A DNA stretch of 64,000 bases from an uncultured Gammaproteobacteria bacterium (lineage in GTDB: Bacteria; Pseudomonadota; Gammaproteobacteria; Steroidobacterales; Steroidobacteraceae). The translations under genes were made by a program, and so were the position numbers. This document shows, one piece after another, positions 57,776-64,000 of this stretch. The stretch covers positions 37,011-101,010 of the forward strand of contig CAWALS010000018.1 of NCBI GenBank assembly GCA_963782865.1, given 5' to 3'. The stretch's first letter is position 1, and each line of letters begins with the position of its first letter. The notes beneath the pieces were generated by a model, which was not told where the DNA came from, searched no databases, and saw only the letters and a list, made by a program, of their open reading frames with translations.

Positions 57776-58902
57776 GCCGGCGCCAGAACCCGCACCTTTT
57801 CTTGCAAAATGCCCGGGCCGAAATTGCGCGCGCGCTCGAGGAAGGTCTCGGTCACTTCGAAGCCCTTCGGTACCAGCAGCGTACCGACTTGCGTGCGCAG
57901 ATCTTCCATGAACACCATTCCCGGCGTGACTCGGCCCACCGGTACTTCCTTGACCTCGGGTGCGCCCGCGGCGAGACCCACCAGCGATTCGAGATTCTCG
58001 AGCAGCTTGGGTTCGAATCGCCCCGATTGGGCGCGAAGGGTCGATAGCGCGGCGTTGGCGCTGTGGCCCTGCGCAACCTGCGCATCATATTCGAGCACCA
58101 GGCGCAGGATGCTGGCGCCAAGCCGCACCAAGCCGTCGGGCAGCTCGAGTTTGGCTTGCCGGCTTGCGCTGAGTATTTCCATGACCGGCTCGAGCCGCGG
58201 AATCCGGCCGAGCAGTTTCTGCGCTACCGCGGGCGCCCCCTCCGCGAGTCCCCGCTCTTCGGGGGTCAAACGCTTGCCGTAGTAGAGCTTTTCCACCAGC
58301 TCGATCGGCAATGAGATATAGCCGATTTGCGAGAGCATGGCCGCCGCCTCGAGTTGCCAGAATCCGGTATTGCCGATGGATGCGGCCAAATCGGTCGCCA
58401 GACGCTTGACTCTGGTGGAGCGGCCGAAGGCAACCGGATTCGTGATGGCGAGGATGTCGACCAGCGCCTGAATGCAACCGATCAAGGTTTCCTGCAACAG
58501 TACTTTTTCCGCAGTCAGCAGCCGGTGATGGGCCACGCCCGCTTCGATGGCACTGCGCAATTGATCCGGCGGACAGGGCTTGGTCAGGAAGCGGAAGATC
58601 TGACCTTCGTTGACCGCTGAGATTGCCGCGTCGCGCCCCGGCTCTCCCGTCAGCAGAATGCGCGTGGTCTCCGGATACAGTTGCCTGACGTGCTTGAGCA
58701 GCGTCGCACCATCCATACCCGGCATTCGCATGTCCGAGACGATGACGGCGGGGGCACCCTTGTCCTTGAGGATTTGCAGGGCGCTGTTTCCGCCGTTGGC
58801 GGCGAGCACCTGGTAGTCGCGGCGCAGATGCACGGCCAAGCTGTCCACGACTCGGGGTTCATCGTCGACACAGAGAATGCTGGGAAGTTCTTCGCGGTTC
58901 AT
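57772..58902 (-). CDS. response regulator: REC domain plus a degenerate (probably non-catalytic) HD-GYP-like output domain
   Basis: REC (ILCVDDEP...VIVSDMRMPGMDG...KP). In the C-terminal domain, the positions corresponding to HD and HDIGK read GRSTRV and LSQIGY. Confidence 0.75.
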   Translation of the reverse strand: MNREELPSILCVDDEPRVVDSLAVHLRRDYQVLAANGGNSALQILKDKGAPAVIVSDMRMPGMDGATLLKHVRQLYPETTRILLTGEPGRDAAISAVNEGQIFRFLTKPCPPDQLRSAIEAGVAHHRLLTAEKVLLQETLIGCIQALVDILAITNPVAFGRSTRVKRLATDLAASIGNTGFWQLEAAAMLSQIGYISLPIELVEKLYYGKRLTPEERGLAEGAPAVAQKLLGRIPRLEPVMEILSASRQAKLELPDGLVRLGASILRLVLEYDAQVAQGHSANAALSTLRAQSGRFEPKLLENLESLVGLAAGAPEVKEVPVGRVTPGMVFMEDLRTQVGTLLVPKGFEVTETFLERARNFGPGILQEKVRVLAPA

Positions 58903-58926
58903 GATTGTACCGTGGTGGTCGAAAGT

Positions 58927-61533
58927 TCAAGTGGGCCGAAGTGCGCTCGCCACGCGAGCTTGCGCGCTCTGCCAATCGAAGGGTGCATTAAGACTGGCGA
59001 GATACCGGGCATTGGCGCACCCATCGGACTGCGCCGGCGCCACGATCGCAAAGGCGTTGGCGGGATCGATCAGAGCGTGCGAAACCGCGAGGGCCCCCAC
59101 AAGATCGTAGCCATGCGGGGTAACGGCCATGGGCGTGTGATGCAGGGCCACCGCCTCAACGATGGCGTAGGGCAGACCCCACAGGCCGAGCAAGTAGGCG
59201 CCGATTTCGGCGTGAGTCGCGCCGGTGATTCGCCGCTCGCACTCCAATAGCGGCAAACCTTCCGCGCGCGAAAGCTGCAGTGCGCTCGCCAGTTCCTTCG
59301 GGCACTCCTGGATCAGTATCCAATAGCCAATATCGTGCAATAGGCCCGCAAGCCAGGCATCATCCGGCGACGCTCGACCCCCGGCGAGCGCCTTGCAGGC
59401 CGCCGCCGCGCATTGTGCGTGGCTCTGCAGCCGCTCCGGATCCACATCCAAGAGTCCCTTGGGCGCCTGCCACTGGGAAAAGATTTCGGCCGATAAGACC
59501 AGATTGCGCACAGTCGCGAAACCCAAATACGTCACGGCATCCTTGATTCGCACCATCGGCTTGCGCAGCCGGAAAAACGCAGAATTGGTGATCTGCAGCA
59601 CTTTGCTGGCGATGGCGGAGTCCGCATTGACGATGTCGCCAATTTCGGCAGCGGTCACGCTGGGCTGCGCGAGGGCCGCCTGCAATAAACCATAAGTTTT
59701 GGGCATCGCCGGAAGTTTGCCGATGCTGCCGACCATCTTGCGCAACGATTCCTGGCCGAGCAATTCCTGCAGACAAAAACAGCGCTCGATGATGTTTTCC
59801 AATTCGCTCGCGTCGCAGGGCTTGGCGACATATTGATGCGCCAGGGAGGTCAGCCGCACCGCTTGCACGGGATCCGAATAGCCCGAGACGATGATGCGCA
59901 TTGCGTCGGGCCAGCGCTGCTTCACCACGGTGAGCAATTGGCCGCCGTCCATTCCCGGCATGCGCACATCCGAGACAACCAGGTCAAATCGCTGCTGTTC
60001 GAGCGCGGCGATGGCCTCATCGCCGCTCGATACAAACTTCATGTTCCAGTCGTGCCGATGCTTGTAGAGACGCGCTCGTAAGCTGTCGAGCAAATCGCGC
60101 TCATCGTCGACGAATAAGATGTCTCTCATGAGACCGCTCGTGGCGCTGCGGCCCGCAATCGGCAGCTTTACCGTGAACTGCGTTCCCACGCCAACTTGGC
60201 TGCTGACGCTGATCTCGCCGCCGTGCTTGTCCACCACGATGGCATGGCTGATCGCGAGCCCCTGCCCGGTGCCGCGCCCGACCTCTTTGGTGGTAAAGAA
60301 CGGATCATAAAGCTTGCAGAGGTTCTCCTGCGGGACGCCGCAGCCATTGTCGCTCACGCGGATCACCGCCTGATCGCCCTCTGCCGCGGCCCGAATGACG
60401 ATTTCACCGCTGTCCGAGTCCTTGCCCGCGTCCTTGATGGCATGTGCCGCGTTGACGATGAGGTTCAAGAAAACTTGATTGAGCTCGCCGACATTACAGA
60501 TCACCTGGGGCAACTGGCCAAATTCGGTGCGCACCTTGGCCACATACTTGTACTCATTCGATGCAACCAACAGCGTGGTTTGCAGCGCATGCAGAAGATC
60601 GACGGCGTTCTGTTCGTTGGCATCAGGATGGGCGAACTCCTTCATCGCTTTTACGATGTTGGTCACTCTCTCGACGCCATCGAAAATCCTGCTGAACGCT
60701 TTCGGAACCTCGGCGCGCAGGTACCCGACATCGTGCTTCCTTTCCAGCTCGGCAATATCGCGTTGGTAGGCCTCGCGCGGCGCGCCTTCCGGCAAGCCCG
60801 CCGCGGCACGATTCATGCTCTCGAACAGCTTGTCGAAGTCCTCGAACGCGCTGCGCAAGAAATACACGCTGTCGCCCACATATTGAATCGGCGTGTTGAT
60901 CTCATGGGCGATGCCCGCCGCGAGCCGGCCGACCGATTCCAATTTCTGCGCCAACTGAAGTTCGATCCCGATGCGCTCGCGTTCCTTCATTTCAGCCAGC
61001 AGCTTGTCCTGAAGTTCCTGCTTCTTCTGCATTTCGAGGCGCTTCGCCGTAATGTCGGCGCCCACGGCCACCGAATGGGTGAAGCGCCCGGCACTGTCGT
61101 ATAACGGCCTGATGGAAACTCCGAGCCAAAACCTGCTGCCGTCCGGCCGACTGACTTCGTCCTCGTAGTGCACCGTCCGGCCGGCGCGCAGCGCCTCCTG
61201 GACATCCGCCATGAAATTCGGTTTGCGTCCGAGCCATTGAACCAGCACGGTGACCGGTTTGCCGATCAATTCGGCACGGGCGTAGCCGTGCGTGTCCGCC
61301 ACGATCTTATTGCAGTAGACGATGATGGGCGCGGGGTGCTCTTGCCGCGTGATAACGAAGAAAGACGGCGTGCCGTCGAGCGCGTTATCGCGCAGCGCGA
61401 GCTGGGCACGCAGCGCCTCGTTATCGGCACGCAAGGCGAGCACGGCCGACTCCAGTTCAGCGCGCCGCGGCACTTGCCCATGGCGGGGTCCCGCGTCGCT
61501 TCTCGGCCCATCTGCCCGTCGGCCCGCGCCCAT
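58927..61533 (-). CDS. hybrid sensor kinase: PAS, HisKA, HATPase, REC and a C-terminal HDOD domain
   Basis: 868 aa with a PAS-like FFVITRQEH...YCNKIVADTHGY, the H-box AAGIAHEINTPIQ, ATPase motifs DNGCGV / GTGQGLA, REC ILFVDDERD...DVRMPGMDG and HDOD LPAMPKTYGLLQAAL...LLHDIGY. The true start may be internal. Confidence 0.85.
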   Translation of the reverse strand: MGAGRRADGPRSDAGPRHGQVPRRAELESAVLALRADNEALRAQLALRDNALDGTPSFFVITRQEHPAPIIVYCNKIVADTHGYARAELIGKPVTVLVQWLGRKPNFMADVQEALRAGRTVHYEDEVSRPDGSRFWLGVSIRPLYDSAGRFTHSVAVGADITAKRLEMQKKQELQDKLLAEMKERERIGIELQLAQKLESVGRLAAGIAHEINTPIQYVGDSVYFLRSAFEDFDKLFESMNRAAAGLPEGAPREAYQRDIAELERKHDVGYLRAEVPKAFSRIFDGVERVTNIVKAMKEFAHPDANEQNAVDLLHALQTTLLVASNEYKYVAKVRTEFGQLPQVICNVGELNQVFLNLIVNAAHAIKDAGKDSDSGEIVIRAAAEGDQAVIRVSDNGCGVPQENLCKLYDPFFTTKEVGRGTGQGLAISHAIVVDKHGGEISVSSQVGVGTQFTVKLPIAGRSATSGLMRDILFVDDERDLLDSLRARLYKHRHDWNMKFVSSGDEAIAALEQQRFDLVVSDVRMPGMDGGQLLTVVKQRWPDAMRIIVSGYSDPVQAVRLTSLAHQYVAKPCDASELENIIERCFCLQELLGQESLRKMVGSIGKLPAMPKTYGLLQAALAQPSVTAAEIGDIVNADSAIASKVLQITNSAFFRLRKPMVRIKDAVTYLGFATVRNLVLSAEIFSQWQAPKGLLDVDPERLQSHAQCAAAACKALAGGRASPDDAWLAGLLHDIGYWILIQECPKELASALQLSRAEGLPLLECERRITGATHAEIGAYLLGLWGLPYAIVEAVALHHTPMAVTPHGYDLVGALAVSHALIDPANAFAIVAPAQSDGCANARYLASLNAPFDWQSAQARVASALRPT

Positions 61534-61890
61534 CGTTGTGTCCTTGCATTAAAAACGCGCCGGCCGCCGGCCGCGCGGTGTTGCCGGCTCGGTGAATCGT
61601 AATGCAGGCGTGCGGCTCCTTGTCGGCACTTATCGACCGATGCGCGAAAAACCTTAAGGGGATTCCCGCCTTTGCCGCGAGTAATCGGCGAAATGTGAAA
61701 CGCGTAACGATGCGCGTTAAAAGTCCCCAAGACTCAGCTAGCATCGCCGATAAAAAGAATCTGAGAACGCACTCACAAGTCGCGCGTTTTAAGGTTTGCC
61801 CCAATTCCGGACAAGGGCAACCTGGGCGCAGTGTTAGGTGTTCGCCGATGGCGCGACCGTGATTCAAAGGATGATGAAATCGTGGCGGGA

Positions 61891-63868
61891 ATGTTCAGAC
61901 GGAGTTGGTTTGCAGGTGCATTGATCTTGTACGGTTGTGCCGCGGCGGTGGCAGCGGCGGACGATGCTGCCTCGACTATCAGCGAGCTCAAGCAACTCAA
62001 CGTCGAAGACTTGATGAACGTGCAGGTAACTTCTGTCGCGCGCCATCCCGAGAAACTGCTCAGGGCGGCATCGGCAATCCAGGTCATTACGCAGGAGGAC
62101 ATCCGGCGCTCGGGGGCGACCAGCATTCCTGAAGCGCTGCGCCTGGCGGACAATTTGCAAGTGGCGCAGAAGAATTCGCATGACTGGGCGATCAGCGCAC
62201 GCGGCTTCAATACCGCGTTGGCAAACAAGCTGCTGGTGATGATCGACGGGCGCACTGTCTACACGCCGCTGTATTCCGGCGTCTTCTGGGACGTGCAGGA
62301 TTACGTGCTCGCGGACATCGACCGCATCGAAGTCATCAGCGGACCGGGCGGCACCCTCTGGGGAGCCAATGCGGTGAATGGCGTCATCAATATCATCACG
62401 AAGAGCGCCAAGGACACCCAGGGCCTATATGCCCAGGCCGGGGGCGGATCGCGTCCCCAGGATTTTACCGACGTTCGCTACGGCGGCGAGCTTGGCCCCA
62501 ATACGCAGTTTCGCTTCTACGGCAAGTATTTTGACCGCGGCAGTGAAGTGCTGGCCAACGGCGACTCGGCATCCGACGCTTGGCGCCAGGGCCGCGGCGG
62601 GTTCCGAATGGATTCGGACGCCTCCGCGACCGATAAACTGACCGTGCAGGGCGATTTCTACGACGGACACGAAGACGAGCAAACCGGCGGCACCTCGGAC
62701 ACCAGCGGCGCCAATGTTTTGGGGCGATGGTCGCGCCGCTTTTCGGATACGTCGGACTTGAGTCTACAGTCGTACCTCGATCAGACTCGCCTGTCGAATC
62801 CGGTTGCCCCGCTCATCCTCAACCGGGTGCAGTTCGCGGGGCGCGGCGAATTGCAGGACGACCTCACGACCTATGATGTGGATTTCCAGCATCGATTTCG
62901 AATCGGCGCCGCCAATGGCATCGTCTGGGGTTGGGGTTTTCGCTACACGCACGATGTGGTCAGCAATGCCCCCGCGCTGGCGTTTCTTCCGCCCACGCTG
63001 GATCGCGACCTGTACAGCCTGTTTGCGCAGGATGAGATTGCGCTGCGCCCCGACCTGTCGCTCACGGTCGGTTCCAAGCTCGAGCGCAATGACTACACCG
63101 GTTTTGAAGTGGAACCCAACGCGCGCTTAAGCTGGCTCCTGAACTCGAATCAAGCGCTATGGACCGCTATTTCCCGCGCGGTGCGTACCCCCTCGCGCAT
63201 CGATCAGGATGTCTCCGAAGCCGCACCTCCGCACTTCGTCGTGTTGGAAGGCGGCTCGAACTTCACCTCCGAGTCGGTGGTGGCCTACGAACTCGGTTAT
63301 CGCGTCCAGATCGAACCGCAACTGTCGGCCTCGGTATCGAGCTTTTTCAATCACTACAACGATATCCGCAGCACGACGATTACGCCCAGCACACTGCTGC
63401 CGTTTTTCTTCGCCAACGGTCTGGAGGGGGATACCTACGGACTGGAATTCAGCGGTAACTATCAAGTCGTGGATTCCTGGTCGCTGCATGCCGGGTACAC
63501 CCTTCTGAAAGAGCACCTGCACGTCAAGCCGGGCCAGATCGACATCAATGACGCGCTCAACGAAACCGCCGATCCGCAGCATCAGTTTTCGTTGCGTTCG
63601 TCGCTCAATTTGCCGCGGCATACGGATTTCGACATGGCGCTGCGCTGGGTCGACACGCTGCACACCAACAATGGTCCGGTGGTTGGCACGCGTGCCGAGT
63701 TATTTTGAGCTCGATACGCACCTCGCCTGGCACGCCAGCGATCGGCTGGAGTTTGCGCTGGTTGGTCAAAACCTGCTTCACAACCGCCATCCCGAATACG
63801 GCTTTCCGGGTCCGGCGCGTGCGGAAATTGAACGCACTGCGTATGGAAAATTTACATGGCGCTATTGA
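61891..63868 (+). pseudogene. TonB-dependent receptor, with a single frameshift near 63690
   Basis: Signal peptide, a plug (IQVITQEDIRRSGATSIPEALR, IEVISGPGGTLWGANAVNGVINIITK) and a beta-barrel. The last ~58 aa (VPSYFELDTHLAW...YGKFTWRY*, aromatic terminus) are in the +1 frame of ORF 63548..63868. The start is approximate. Confidence 0.8.
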
Positions 63869-64000
63869 GGGGGAAGCTGCCGCTGCATTGGCTAGCCGCA
63901 GCATGCCTCGTTTTCGCGCAGGCCTTGAATGCCGCGGAGGCCCCGACAGAAGACCAGGTTCAGGCGGTTTTTCTGTTCAACTTCTCGCGTTTCGTCGAAT
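63856..64000 (+). CDS. YfiR-like (DUF4154) periplasmic protein, N-terminal fragment at the window edge
   Basis: The ATG at 63856 overlaps the receptor stop. Translation MALLRGKLPLHWLAAACLVFAQALNAAEAPTEDQVQAVFLFNFSRFVE... carries a signal peptide and the FL(Y/F)NF.(K/R)FVEWP-type motif. Confidence 0.55.
   Translation, partial: MALLRGKLPLHWLAAACLVFAQALNAAEAPTEDQVQAVFLFNFSRFVE

Noticed and set aside
61534-61890. Possible cobalamin or other riboswitch in the 350-bp leader of the TonB-dependent receptor
   Set aside because: I found no B12-box (GCCACTG-like) and no conserved riboswitch core, only short hairpins such as AACGCG...CGCGTT. A covariance-model search (Rfam) would be needed to settle this.

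Overview
GC-rich, densely coded chromosomal segment from a Gram-negative, proteobacterium-like organism, judged from TolC, a TonB-dependent receptor, sigma-54/NtrC-type regulation and sigma-32-type promoters. I found no rRNA, tRNA, CRISPR array, transposase or integrase.

Gene content, left to right:
- bkd E1 genes plus a BkdR-like regulator.
- Housekeeping redox and amino-acid enzymes: qor, two aminotransferases, hppD.
- A heat-shock group: htpG, a signal-less HtrA-like protease, a signal-less DsbA-like protein, cbpA and htpX, with recognisable sigma-32 promoters.
- An IorAB-type molybdoenzyme, lipid genes (desaturase, tesB, mprF) and uup.
- An orphan CHASE3 histidine kinase behind a consensus sigma-54 promoter.
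- An ~8 kb block (31.8-40.0 kb) in which all seven genes are broken by many single-base frameshifts. It is centred on an amino acid:[carrier protein] ligase (a truncated SerRS homologue), with an ACP and an acyl-CoA dehydrogenase.
- A long minus-strand locus: TolC, HlyD, ABC ATPase, four FtsX permeases (a tandemly duplicated heterodimer pair), an NtrC-type regulator and a kinase. It has a sigma-54 promoter with upstream palindromes and is partly frameshifted.
- acuI-like, dcyD plus a racemase, a REC/degenerate HD-GYP protein paired with a PAS-HK-REC-HDOD kinase, and a TonB-dependent receptor followed by the start of a YfiR-like gene.

The two most interesting items are the aminoacyl-carrier-protein cluster and the sigma-54 controlled efflux locus.

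Main caveat: frameshifts are very unevenly distributed. I cannot tell from the sequence alone whether they reflect real gene decay or locally poor consensus, such as an unpolished, low-coverage accessory region. All product calls come from reading motifs by eye. No database search was run.
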